Origin: Vitrella brassicaformis CCMP3155
Lineage: Eukaryota > Protista > Chromerida
DNA: 64,000 bases
Direction: 5' to 3'
NCBI GenBank assembly: GCA_001179505.1
Contig: CDMY01000498.1
Span: 1 to 64,000, forward strand
Position numbers and translations under genes: made by a program. Positions within the stretch are counted from its first letter, which is position 1. The number at the start of each line of letters is the position of its first letter. Positions 16,232-31,900 of this stretch are shown one piece after another. Below the pieces are notes generated by a model. It made no database searches. It saw nothing but the letters and a program-made list of their open reading frames with translations, and had not been told where the DNA came from.

Positions 16232-18585
16232 ATGTACCAGAGGGGCGTCAGCGCCTCAGATCTCGGTTGGCCATTCAGTCGCCTCAAGACCGTGCAAGTG
16301 CTCATCCCCGACCGCCCCTCGTGCCGCTCACTCCGCTCCCCCTGGCTGCTGCTGTGGCTGTCCACTATCGTGGTCTTCTGCTTCGTCCAAGCACTGATGG
16401 TCTACCGCTACTCGTGTAGTGGATCTGCAATCGACCTCAAACGACGAGTCGTCAACTGCTACCACAGAGCAAGACGTGGCGGCACCAGCCGAGCAGGAAC
16501 ATCAGCAGCAGCTGCGGCTGACGGTGCGGCGGCGAACGACGCCATGGCCCCGCTGTATGGGTCGTTCCGAGGTGTCAAGGACCTGACCGAGATCCCCGCC
16601 CTCTCCCGTCAGCGGGACAGCGGCACATCATCATCATCCCTTTCCCTTCCCCCCTGCCCCCCCGACCTCCCACAGCCCTTCTACCCCCTCCTGTACTCCC
16701 CCAACGTGAGCGAGCCGCCACTGCCGCCCCTCCCCGGCCGCTCCAAGATCAACCGCATGGACGCATCCGACGAGAGGCGGCCACGGCGAGTCACATGGAC
16801 AGACTACTTCGACTATCGGTATGACTGTGGTGACCCGAGGCGGCCTCCCGGGCTGGCCAGCCAGCACCCGAGTGTGAGTGGCGGCAGCCTGGGCGGCCTG
16901 TCGAGTCCACACGCGTGGCGGTTCTACACGGTGGACGAGGAGCACCCCGTGTGGATTCTCGAGTGGGGGCACTCCATTGGCGGCTTTGGGGGCGACAGAC
17001 AGTTTGGCTGTGACGTGCCCTGCAGGCTGACGCACGACAGGTGAGTGATCTACATGACACTGACACACGCAATGGGGATGTGGGGTCACAGTGGGACCAT
17101 GGACCATGTGTGTGTGTGTGTGTGTATGGCGCAGGAGTTGGGCGGAGAACGGCAAGGCTGACATAGTGGTGTTTGGTCTTCATCTCGAGAACGAGGTCGA
17201 AACCCTCCAAAAGTCGGGCAAGAAGAAACCGCACCAGGTGGGCCACTCTGCTCTTGCTCTGATCGGGCCTGCACGTGCTGACGGCGTCCGTCACATTTGT
17301 GTGCGTGCATCTGTGTGTTACTCCTTCATCAATCAGTACTATGCGGTGACGTCACTTGAGAGCGACGTCAACTACCCCTCACTCAAGGACAAAAACAACC
17401 TCAAGTGAGAGGGGAGGGAGGGCCGCGGAAACACACTCACTCAACGTATGTGTCGTTTGTTTGTCTGTCCATCTGATAGGCGCTTCGACCTGAAGACGAC
17501 GTATCACCTTGACAGCGATGTGCCGAGGATATACTTCGGGTACCGTGGCTACGACTGGATGCTCCCGCCACGGGCAAAGCGGAAAGACAGACTCGTCAGC
17601 TTCGTCGCATCTAACTGCACACCAAAGTGACCCACTCACTCACACAAACCCACACCCACACCCCGTGCCATTGCCCACCTGGTGTCTGTCTGTCTGTCTG
17701 TGGTGTTTGCTCCTGATGTCATTCATGTCAGGAACGGCCGTACGGACTTCGTCATGTCGCTGTCGCGGTACATCTCAGTGCAGTCGTTCGGTCACTGCCT
17801 GCGCAACGCCAACCCCAACGACGTGTTGGAGACGCCCATCCACAACGACCGGTGGCACGAGAAGGTCGTCATGCTACAGCACTTCAAGTTCAACGTCGCA
17901 TTCGAAAACTCTGACACACCCGACTACGTCACAGAGAAGTTCGGCCAGGTTAGGTTTGTGGTGTTGAGGCAGCTGGAGAGAGGGGAGGTGCACCGTGGAA
18001 ATCAATGGTCCTGTGTGTGTGCATCAGGCTCTGGTGGCTGGTACGGTGCCGATTGTCAAGAGCCGTGCGAACAACTACGAGACGTTTGCGCCTCACCCGC
18101 ACTCATACATCGTGGCCGATGACTTTGAGTCACCGAAGGTGAAACAAACATACAGTCAGGAAAAAAGTCCCCTACCTACCTATCGTCCATGATATGATAT
18201 GATATGATCACCGCGTTCCATGTCTCTCTCCATGCATGCCGTGCAGGCCTTGGCCGAGTATTTGTTGTACCTGAACGATCACGACGAGGAATACGACAAG
18301 TATCTCGAGTGGAAGAGGGTAGGTCCAGCACGCCCCGCCACGCCACGCCACGCCAAGCCAAGTCACCTCATCCCTCTCGCTCACTTAGTCAGTCAACTGT
18401 ACTTCCTGTACGTTGCCTTTGTGGGTGGTGTCATGTAGGTTGGCCCAAGCGAGTCGTTCCGTCGTCTGCTGGAGCTCAACATCCCCGACAGCTCCTGTCA
18501 CCTGTGCAGATTCGCGGCCCTTGCACGGGACATAGACGCGGGGTACGTCAACACTGACGCCATACCGCCAGGCCAGACCAGCTAG
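16232..18585 (+). CDS. GT10 alpha-1,3-fucosyltransferase family, type II membrane protein
   Basis: N-terminal TM (WLLLWLSTIVVFCFVQALMV), VSFVASNC, YISVQSFGHCLRN, FKFNVAFENSDTPDYVTEKFGQ|ALVAGTVPI, DDFESPK|ALAEYLLYL, CHLC. TAG at 18583-18585. Confidence 0.95.
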
Positions 18586-19370
18586 CACCACGGGGGAGGG
18601 GAGGGGTGAGCGGATGGGAGGGGTCCGGCGCGCTGCCGGTGTGCTGTTTCCACACACGCCTTGGTGATCGTCGAGGCGAATTTTGCCCGGATGCATCGCA
18701 TGGGCAGGCACAATGCTGCCTGCCTGCCTGCCTGATCGGGCCATGTCTGTCCCTGTGTGTGACCTAGCTGTAGACAATGATCGATGGCTGTCTGTCTGGT
18801 TATCGATTCACTAGTGATTGGATGGAAAGTAGTTTAGAGTGTGCCGACAGACAGAGAGAGAGAGAGAGAGATGAGGGGTGAGTGGAGTCGCTCACTCGGC
18901 TTTCGATAATAATGATAATGCTCCAGCTGTGGATAGACAGGACAGGTAAGGTAAGGTAGGCCGTAGAGACCTTGTTTGTGCATATCCATACACACGCACA
19001 ACACAGGGAGGGAGCTAGAGCTGGCCGAGCCGATCGCCTGTGTGTACAGACAGACACGGTGTGTCCGTGCCGTGCGTGATTTCGACCCTCCATGCCTTCT
19101 CACTCATTGGCTGCTTCTCAGGTCAATCTGATGGCATCTTCAAGCAAGATTCATGGCATGAATGAATTGTCTGTCACGTCACAAGGCAGCCCAAAAATGG
19201 CACTGTCTGTCTGTCTGACGGTCGACACGATGGATGCACCTTCGTTGACCACAACGAGGGGCCGGGCAGCCGGAGGTTTACATACACACACACACACAGA
19301 GAGAGAGAAAGAGAGCGCCACGAGCAATGCAATCCACACACACCAACCATAAAATAGCTACATACACAAG

Positions 19371-22088
<2,718 letters not shown>

Positions 22089-22138
22089 GATCTGTCTTGC
22101 AGCCACTTCGTTCACAAAACTGCAGACGGAAAACACGA

Positions 22139-22147
22139 AAGCTCGCA
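22139..22147 (-). promoter_or_regulatory. Candidate promoter motif TGCGAGCTT (FtsH/carrier divergent spacer)
   Basis: AAGCTCGCA on the plus strand in a 230-nt head-to-head spacer. Confidence 0.5.
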
Positions 22148-22318
22148 AAATGCCAGGGTGCTTCATGAAACCGCTGATGGTCGGAGCGTGCTTGAGATCG
22201 GAAGCTGCCTCGTGACTGCAACGACAGAACCGCAACGGAATCAGCTACAGAAAAAAACCGCCGCTGCTGGGATGCAGGCGCCAGATTCCCCTATTCTCGC
22301 ATCAGTTGTAGAGAGAAG

Positions 22319-23660
22319 ATGAGTGATTCATGGTCTAACTCAGCATCCCGTACCTTTCGCGAGATGGCGGCAGCGTCCATGGCCATGTGCAGCGTGTCAG
22401 TGGCCCTCAACCCCTTCGATGTCCTCAAGGTCAAGATGCAGACGCAGCATCAGAGCCTCAACGTCACGCTGCAGCAGATGGGCGGCACGGGCGGAACTTC
22501 AGGCGTCTCCAGCATGCCCAAATACAGTGGATTCATTGACGCTGTCAGGAAGATTTCGGCCGAGGAGGGCACTGTGAGAGGACTTGTGGCGCCAGGTTGG
22601 CACATATTCACTCGTCTTGACGTTTTTCAGTCCGGCTGTGGCGTGCTGTCGTGTGGTGTGTGCGATGGATGTTTCCTTCAGGGCTTTACGCGTCTGCACT
22701 GAGGGATGTGCTGAATGGCGCCTTTAGGATAGGGCTTTACCCGACTGTCAAGCAGATGGTGCACCGGGGGTGGCAGCAGACGACAGGCGGCGAGGCGACA
22801 GACGGCCTGGGAATCAGGATCACGGCCAGCCTGCTCACAGGTACTTACATCAAAAGACAACCGATCTGATCTGGACACACACATTCGGATGTGTTCCATG
22901 CCGTGGCCATGCAGGATGTCTTGGCGCGGCAGTGGCCAACCCGACTGACATCGTCAAGGTCCGACTACAGGCCCAGATCGCCTCAGCGCCATCCGACCAC
23001 CAATACACATCGACGCGTGAGGCCTTCACGAGGATACTGAGAGAAGAGGGACTCATCGACGGATGGTATGGTTGGTGAGAGCACAGCGAGCGATGCGAAG
23101 CGATCCCTCAGGTGTGTGTGTGTGCGTCGTGTCATCCATTGGTCCATCAATCAGGTATCGCGGGACACTTCCCTCGGCTTTGCGTGCTGGCGTTGTCACG
23201 TCCGCCCAAATCGTGTCTTACGAGTACTCGAAAGAGCTCCTCCGCGACGGTCCCCTGTTCAGAGCGGCCGAGAGCGGCAAGGAGAGCACGCAGTTGCACA
23301 TCACATGCAGCGTCATCTCGGGGCTGTCTGCGGCGGTGCTGTCCTCGCCAATTGATATGGTTAAGTCGAGGATTATGAATGACACGGCCGCCAGCACGGC
23401 GGTCAACTACCACTACAGTGGGGTTATTGGGTGCTTTGTCAAGATCTGCCGATATGAGGGCGCAACGGCCCTGTTTAGAGGGTTCTTGGGCAACTATCTG
23501 AGGCTGGGTGAGCATGCAAAGGGAGCGACCGGGTAGCGATGTGGCCGCATGGCGTCGTGTGTATGAATGTGTGTGTGTGTTGTGGTCAGGTCCTCATTTT
23601 CTGTTGTCGTGGCCGTTGCTGGAGCAGTGCAGATTGATGATGGGGCTTGGACACTTCTGA
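22319..23660 (+). CDS. Mitochondrial carrier (SLC25; UCP/dicarboxylate/oxaloacetate-like)
   Basis: Three PX[DE]XX[KR] repeats: PFDVLKVK, PTDIVKVR, PIDMVKSR. Ends YLRLG|PHFLLSWPLLEQ. TGA at 23658-23660. Confidence 0.95.
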
Positions 23661-23939
23661 GCGATGTGTATATGGTGTGCTGGTGGCGTGTGGCGCTTTT
23701 TTGTCGCGTGTTGATTTTGTCGTCATCTGTAGATAGGACACACGAGCAGGCTACACGATCGTGTCTGCGATTGATGCATTCCATCATCATCTGGCATATG
23801 GAAGATCCGGACTTCCTGCAGTGTGTGGTCCTTCGGGAATCATTCCTGGCCGAAACCCTAGACCCATCATACCCTTGACCCAAGCTTCCTTGCCTTGCCG
23901 CTTCACTTTTGGTCAGATCTGTCTGCTCTCCTCTGCCAA

Positions 23940-26432
23940 ATGAAGTCAGGATCTGTGAATGCAACGATTGACGAAGAGTCGCAGGAAGCCAGGCCTTTGA
24001 GCGGCAAAGATGGCTTCGTGCCGGGCATTGCTGAGGCGCTGTCCCCTCTCGGCGCCGTCTCGACGCTGCTGGTGGCCATGATAGGCACCGGTGTGGTGGC
24101 CATGCCATTCATCTTTCTCCTTTGCGGCATCACTTTGGGCGTGATCGGCCTCGCTGCGATGGCGTGGCTGGCGCAGCTGGCGATGGTCTGCATCATCAGG
24201 AGCGTGCAGATCTCGCGATGCGTGTCATACGAAGATCTGGGAGAGAGGGCCTTCGGGATGGTGAGTCAGTCAATGGCATGGCAAGACTGAACTGATCGAC
24301 TCGTCGTTGATTCATTGCTTGCATCTATCTATCTGTGTGTGTGTTGTGTCAGTGGTTCAGCCGGATAACTGACCTGTCGCTCATTGGGTTGCTGCTGGGC
24401 TCGACCGCTGCATACATCATCATTGGTAGGTTAGCTGACCACACACATATACACACGCAGAGAGAGAGAGTGTGTGCAGTTGAACGGCTCTCGCGTGGTC
24501 TGCGTGTGTGTGTGTGTGTGTGTTCATTCAGCGACGAACATCCTGAGTGTGAGTCTGCCCGACAGTCTGTCGGTGCCGCGTCCGACCCTGTTTGCCCTCG
24601 TGGCCCTGGCCATGTTCCCCGTCTGCCTCGCCAGGACCTACGACGGGCTCGCTGCCATCAACACTTTCTGCTTCACGTGAGCGGACAGGACACCCATACA
24701 TACAGTCAGTACATGGGCGACTGACTGACTTGTGCGTACCGTGTGTACGCCCATCTATCTCATCTGTGTGCTGTGCCAGGTCGTTTGTGGTGATATCAGT
24801 GATATGCACGGTCAAGAGTGTGTTGGTGAGGGAGCACATACAGGTCGACGAGACCACCCAGAGGATATCGCCCATCATCGGGCTCATTCTCTCGCTCCCA
24901 ATGACGAGTGAGTGAGCTCAGAATGGCGTGCAGTTGGCCACGGTGGAGCCGAGCCGAGCCGAGCAGTCATTCGCCTCCCTCTGTCTGTGTGTGCCTGTCC
25001 TGACAGGCACTTACATGAATGGCCACATGAATGTGCCCCAGGTATATGCTGAGCTGCGGCCGCAATGGAAGAGGCGGGCAATACCACTGGGCACAGGTAT
25101 GTATGGTTTGCATGGACGCCACACCCATGCAATGCAAACACACAACACACGTATGCCTGCAGCTCAGCTTTGTGTTGTTCTGTTCTCTTTGCCACCCACG
25201 TGTGCTGTGCGTCATTACAGCGGTGTGTGTGATAGCCTTCGCCTTTTACGTCTTTGCCGGTACGTACCGTACCACACGAGAGCGGCCCGCTCGTCCACCC
25301 GGATGAATACATCACATCCCACCCACTGCTGTGCTGTGCTCTCTCTCTGTGTGCTGTGTGTAGGGATGGTTCCATATCTTGTGTTCCACGCCAGCACCGA
25401 GACAGACATCCTCACACAACTTGTCAACACATTCATGGCTGTACACTCGGTCGGTCGGCCGGCCGGCAACAACCAACACAACACAAGAGACAACCAGACC
25501 AGACGCACACACATTCACTCACGTCTGCCGGTCATCACGTGGGCGTATGTCTGTCTGTCTGTCTGTGTGCATGTGATGTGTACAGGCGCGTGATCCCCAT
25601 CTGTCCCTTGCCCAGGTGCTGCTGGGCTTGTGCATCGTTCTCAAGACACCCGTCATACAATTCCCCCTCAGGTCAGTCAGGTCACATCACATCATCAAAT
25701 CACCTTCCTTCCCCCTGTATGTACTCACTGGTGCGGTGCGGTGCGGCTGTCCGTATAGGTCTCTGGTGTTGGGTCGGTTTCAACCGGACGCCAAGCTGGC
25801 GACGCTGCCCATGCCTCAGAACCTCCTGCTCACCGCCGTATGCATCGCAGCCGCATACCTGTTAGGTACGTAACGTACGGACACACACACACACACGCGG
25901 GAGGAGACAACGACGCATACCATCTATCTATCTAAGTGCCTGTGTTGTGTTTGTTGATTCGTTCTAACGTTGAATCATTCAGCTGTTGCGTTGCCGAGGC
26001 TGGACTTGGTGATTCAGATCGTGGGTGCCACCTCTGGTGTGTTCCTCGTGTACATATGCCCGGGCGCATTCACTCTAGGGGTACGCAGGCAAAGCAAAGC
26101 ACTTACAGCACACGTCAGTCAGCCAGTCCGTCGATCAGAGAGGAGAGCAAGTGTTTGTGTTAAATCTGTCTGTGTTGTACGGTGTGTACGCAGATAGAGA
26201 GACGGAAGGCGGCTGATGTGTGGGTGGCCGTGCGGGGATGGACGCTCGTCGTCTCAGGTGCGTACGAGCTGAATGACAGACACATGTGCTGTGCATGACC
26301 GCGTGGATCTCTCCCTCCCTCCCTGGCTGTGTTGTGTTGTGCTGCATTCGTTGTGCGCTTTCCACACCAACAGGTCTGTGTATCTCCGTGACGGCCTTGT
26401 GTGCTGTGATCGTCAATGAAGTGTTCAGCTGA
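23940..26432 (+). CDS. Amino acid transporter (AAAP/SLC38, Aa_trans)
   Basis: LLVAMIGTGVVAMPF, SYEDLGERAFG, GHMNVPQVYAEL, PVIQFPLR, IVGATSGVFLVYICPG; about 11 hydrophobic segments. Confidence 0.92.
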
Positions 26433-26895
26433 TAGATACATACCTGAATGGATGGATGGATGGATGGATGATGAATGAATGGCGCGGCGCCAGCACTGGG
26501 GCAGCCTCGTCTGTATGTGTGAGTGTGCATGTCCGTGCTAAGAGAAGGTCAACCGATAGATCAAAGGGCCTGCATGCCTACTGTCGCACGTGTTCGTTCG
26601 TGTGTTAGTCAATGAGTCAGTGTGCGTGGCATGGCACGGATGGGGGAGCTCAAAGGAAGGAGCTCGATTCGATGAAGGGACACGACAGTAGCTAGCTAGC
26701 CAACGTTGCGACGCCTTCACTCAATAAATAAATCATATACATGGCATGGGAGAAGATTGGACGCAGGTATGGTATGCATGACCGGCATGTCTCCTGTCCC
26801 TCCCGATCTCAAATAACATAACGGTCCTCGCGTACGTACCCCTCCCTCTCAGTCAGAATCCAGTCCATCCATCCATCCACCCCTCCCTCTTCCCC

Positions 26896-28560
26896 TCAGC
26901 CATATAAGGACACTAGCATCCTGCAGCGCTCCTTCCGTCGGTCATGGTAGGACACCTTGAAGGCCGATCTGTAATGGCAATTGGCGGCGTCAAACTTGAC
27001 CGTCTGGTCGGACATGGCCAAGTCCTTGATGGGGTCCGTGTCTCCGGGGCAGGGGTAGGCGCCATCGGCCCTCTGGCAGAGGCGGTAGATGGCCGAATCC
27101 TGGATGGCCTGGTTGACACGGGCCCGTGCTACCTCCGTGATGAAACCTTTGTTCTGTAGAACGTGAGCCAGCTGCTTTATGCTGGCACGTGTGTGGTGGC
27201 GGGGAGACACACACACACACACACACCCCGAGAGACATAGATGGGGTGCGTTAGTTACGTCGGTGCTGTTGGTATCATTGATTCTCACTCAAATGGTGTA
27301 GAAGATGAACTTTTCCCGCTGTCTCTGGCTGAGGCCCTTGTTGAGCAGGTCCTTCTTGCTGAACTTGTTGGACTCGAGGTTGTGGATGAGCACGTATGCA
27401 GGCTCCTCCCCTCCACTCCTCATCAGCTTGACTCCGGTCAGAAAGTCACCCTGGCCACTGTCTCCTATCCAAATGTAGCCTGTGGCCACACAACAGTCAG
27501 AGACACGCCATCGGTGTGTGTCTGCCCCTCATAAATCTGTGTGTGTGACAAGGCAGGCAGTTAGGCGCCACTCGCGCCACCCACCTTTGGCGCCATCAGC
27601 CACATCAGTGTAGTGGCCTCCGTCCTTAGTCAAGCTGCTGATGATGTTCTGTGTCTTCGTCTCCGCCGTCTTTTCCCAATCGGGGCTGATGAAATCCGTA
27701 GCCCAGCCGAACCCGGACCGCTCCTCATCAACGCCCCAAATGACGCCGTTGAGCACCCCGGTTGCGTTGGACAGCTTGTTCCAGGATTTCTTCTCTAAGT
27801 TCTGCACAGTCACAGACAGACAGACAGACAGACAAGGATTCCGATGCATGCACGTTTTGATGGTCCTGATGCTACTGCGCCTACCTTGGGGTCCCCAACG
27901 GTGAATTTTGGCCGTGCCGATACCAGACGGAAGAAGGGAGGGTGCGCGACGAAGTCGGGGCCGGCGGAGAGCTCGAGGTACAGCTGCATCAGGCCTGGGT
28001 ACACCTGCACGCATACACGCACAGGCAGGCGATGGATGGGTCAGTTGGCACCATCTTGCCTTCCCACCTCATCGGTGTAGCACAAATCGTCTGACACTCC
28101 CAGCGGCCGGCCGAACGCACCCAAACACACAAAGAGAGGGAGAGAAGAGAATTCCATGCAAAGCCATGTGGGTTACTGCCTTGTCTGTCTGCGATGGGGA
28201 ATCACACACACCACACCTGTGCCTTTGGGCCAGGAACTTCCGCTGCCTGCACACACACCGCACAGTCCTCATGGCATTGCATGTATGCATTGGTCAAGCT
28301 AGCTGATGTATGGTCTTGTCCATCCCTCCGCGCGCATACGTACAGATGATGGTGTCGTCAATGTCGCTGAACAGGAGATACCCTTTTCTCGTCGGCTCAA
28401 GGCGCTCCCGCGCATCATGCCAAACCCCGGGCTCATCGGATTCCCCCGCTTGTTCCCCCGTCTCCAAGACAGGCTGTCTCGCCCAACGCCCTTTACACAC
28501 AGAAGGGACCGTTGCGAATGCGACAAGGGTGGAGATCGGAACAACAAGTGGAATTGGCAT
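26896..28560 (-). CDS. App1-like (DUF2183-type) HAD phosphatase with predicted signal peptide and microexons; TGA at 27289-27291 breaks the model
   Basis: FSDIDDTII|CSGSSWPKGT|DDLCYTDE|VYPGLMQLY...LVSARP...YIWIGDSGQGD (DxDxT motif plus the C-terminal GDSGxxD motif). Confidence 0.75.
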
Positions 28561-28985
28561 TGCCTCGATATCTAGTAGCCCCACGGGACGTTACGGAGAC
28601 GCCGCATGGCCGGGCCCCCCAAGCCCCCATCCGATTCTCGACTCTCACCCCTTTTCCCCACCCCTATGGGCACTGCTGTTGGAAGAAGCCGCAGCCCCGA
28701 GCAGCCGTTCCTTCCCACGCTATCATGCTGCGACCTGTCCGTTGGGCCGCCTCACTGTCTTCCTCATTGCACCTTTGCATATTTGGAGGTTTCAGATCAT
28801 GGCAGCCGTGCCTTCCGCTTGCACTCACTCCCCCCATCCAAGGGCGTCACCATCCTTCTCTCTCCTCTGTCAGGACTCAAACTCGGCCTCTTCGTCAAAC
28901 ACCGTCATGATGGGACGATTCGGTGCTTCCGCGAGATCATCCTCCCATCTGCAAAGCTCCTGACGATGCTGGTGCGCACTGGGCA

Positions 28986-31900
28986 ATGAACGCCTCTGTT
29001 ACACGCGATATTCCTCTCTCCACTGCCGTTTCCTGTCTGTCGCAGCTGCAGGAACCGGTTGGAGCTTGTGCAGTGTTTGTCGGCCTGCTTCCTCCCAGGG
29101 ACACCGAGAGCACTCCCGGGGCGCTGCGGCTATCAGACCAGCCGTTTACCTCAGCTTCCATCTTCCATTTGGGCAGTGCAGATGTGGAGGAGCTGGACAG
29201 AGATGGTGCCGAGTGGAGGACCAAGGCCAGAGGCATCGATAAGTGGCTGCCTGAGCGGCTGCCTGAGGACACACTCGAGTTGGCGGAAAGGTGTTGGGCC
29301 GAGTGTGTGGAGGCTGCAGCCAAGCCTGACGCCGTCAAAATGCTCCTCCTACTCAGGTAAGAGAAAAACGGGAACACATCTATCTAGCCTTTCTAGTGTC
29401 TCTTATTTCTTACCGTGCTGTCGGCGTGTATGGCGTGGGCGCACTTCTCAATGGCCGACCCATACCAGGAGCTTGCACTGGTAGCTACGGGTCACTGACC
29501 ATACGCATGAATGGGTGGCTGGGTTGGGTGTCTGCCAGGGAGGGATGAAGGCATTCTTTGCTTCCTTGTGGCTGTCTCGCCGACAGTCTCGGTCGGCCAA
29601 AAGGATCTCTCCATCTGTGTTGCCGCCATTGCTGCCCGGTGGGGACGACGAGCAGGCTACAGCAAGCACAAGAAAGCGCCGTTGAAATCATCCATGTCTC
29701 TTTCAGATATGTACAGCCACCCATCCCTCTCTTCTTCTTCTTCTTCTTCCTCCTCTTCTCGGGGATCTGCTCTGGCCGCTTCTGTGGCTAACCAAGACCC
29801 GGCAGACATCAAGGAGACGCTGCCACCTAAACAAAGGGAGACTCCCGTCATTACGACGACCGGAAAGCCAGCGCTGCAGATGAAGTCAGAGCACCGCCGT
29901 GCAGCTGCATCCACAGACGGCAAGTCCAAGATTACCAGTTTTCCAAGAGCTCACTCAGGACCTCAGGACCCTTTGCCGTCAAGAATGATCGGTAGCGGGC
30001 TGTCGCGTGCGAGAGGGCCCCCTGAGACACCGCCACGGACCGGACCGGCGTACGAGACATCGCTGAGGATTCCGCTGCCGATTCGTCGGGTAACAAGCCC
30101 GACAGGGGCCAAGGAGGGCATGCGGGGCAAAACAGCCATGGTGCTGCCGTCAAGACCGTCCGCCGGAGTGACCCGTGCCACTACTGGACCGCTGCATGGC
30201 AATCCTGCATCGACGGCCAGCTCGTCCACGGGCCCACAAGGAAAAACGGCCAGCGGGGCTGAAGCGAGCCGCTTGGTGTGCCTGCCGTCGGAAGGCTTTG
30301 AGTGTGAAGAGCGGCAAGTGGAGGCAGCGCAAGCTGGGTCGGCGAACAAGGGTGAGCGCGGCATGGGGGAAGTAGAAACCGAGAGATCAACCGCAAGGCC
30401 ACGATGCCCTTGTCTGTCCAGCACTGCCTGATATGCAGCCATCAGGTGAAGAGCTCATCACATTGAGTGACGACGAACGGCCAGACAAGCAAAGCAGTAC
30501 AAGGGGAGAAGAGGCCGCCGCAAAGCCGGCCAGGTCTGTGGGAGGGGCTGAGACAGATGCAGCCATAGCTCTGGTGAACAGCCTGGTGCAAGAGTGCGAG
30601 AGGGTGCGAGCAACCGCTCCTACCGAGGACACATTGGCGCGGCTGATCCGCCAGCAAGATGACAACACAGAGGCCTTGCGGCTGCTGCATCAGGACCTAC
30701 GCAAGCTGATGGAAAGCACAGGTGAGAGGAGGGAAGGGCCACACGCTGGTGTGGATGAGACATTCGTGGATGGCCAAGGAATAATGGCTGGTGAAGGTCT
30801 CCATGGTAAGAGAAGGGAAAGAGGGAAGAGTTAACACACTGGACTTTCCATTCCCTGTGTGTCTTACAGAGATGGAAAGCGCTGTCCCCATTGCCGAGGT
30901 CGCGCCTTTGGAGCAGCGAGCTGCCGCGGCTTGCGAGCCTCCCGCAGCCCCAGAAGGCCTCGTTTTGCACGCATCTGCTCAGCCCAATCAGAAAGCCATT
31001 GCATCCTCCGTGTACGTGACGCCACAACGAGAAGCAGCAGCGGCAGCGTCCCCATCTCTCCCCCGTGTTGCGGTGACCCCGATCTGGAGCAGCGACAGCC
31101 CGCGATCAGCCATAATCGTCCCTGCCCCTGATGCTGATATCAGCAGCGACTCGGACGCCGACGGGCAAGAGAGCGACCATGAGGCGCCGCAGGACAAGGA
31201 GCCGGGAGTGACCGAGACAGAGTCCCCTCCCTCTCCGACCTTCCGAGACCAACACTACGAGGTGCAAGCGGAGGAGACACGGCCCCGTGCGCGGATCTAC
31301 AGCACTATTTCCGAGCCCACTGGGATGGCTGCTCTCGCACGGTCATTTGGGGGCTTACAAGGACCGTCCTGCTCGTCACTCGATGTCCGCCGCCGTCACT
31401 GTGCCGCCGCGACCGACGGTCGTCACTGTTCCAGTCACACCCCCCTTCCCCATTTGGCCTCATGTGCCCGACAGCAGAGGCAGCCACGTAGCTTTGGGCG
31501 ACCGAGCGGCCAACCCCCTACAGTTTCCGATACTCCCCTCTATACGCCCGCCTCCTTTGGCCCCTGCCCCTGCCCCTGCCCCTCCGCCGCCTGTTCCCTT
31601 GCCCGTCTTTGAGAGACGCCTGTCTATGTCACCAGTCATATTTGGAGGCCTTCTTCAGCCATCCAGTTGGTCCTCTCGCGTCCCCAGTTCCGCCGCCCCG
31701 GCGATGTCAGGGTCACCATCACATGTTGTATCTGGCGTGGCCACGGCTGCACCCGCATCCCACTATCCCTTGCCTACTCGGCTTTCGTTGCCCTTGCCCT
31801 ACCACGTGGTGCCGAGGCGGAAGCTTGGATCGCTGAGGGATCTTCCCGGCTTGCGCTGGACGGCCTCAGTGCCTCACAGCCCCGTCACTGTGGCGAATCA

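Noticed and set aside
29050-29640. Possible kinesin-like remnant (VFVGLLPP...LCFLVAVSPT)
   Set aside because: No P-loop or switch motifs; the similarity is too weak.
31262-31612. Overlap of two long ORFs suggesting a programmed frameshift
   Set aside because: Explained by an in-phase intron (GAG|GTGCAA...TACAAG|GAC) or a homopolymer error at a G5 run. No slippery heptamer seen.
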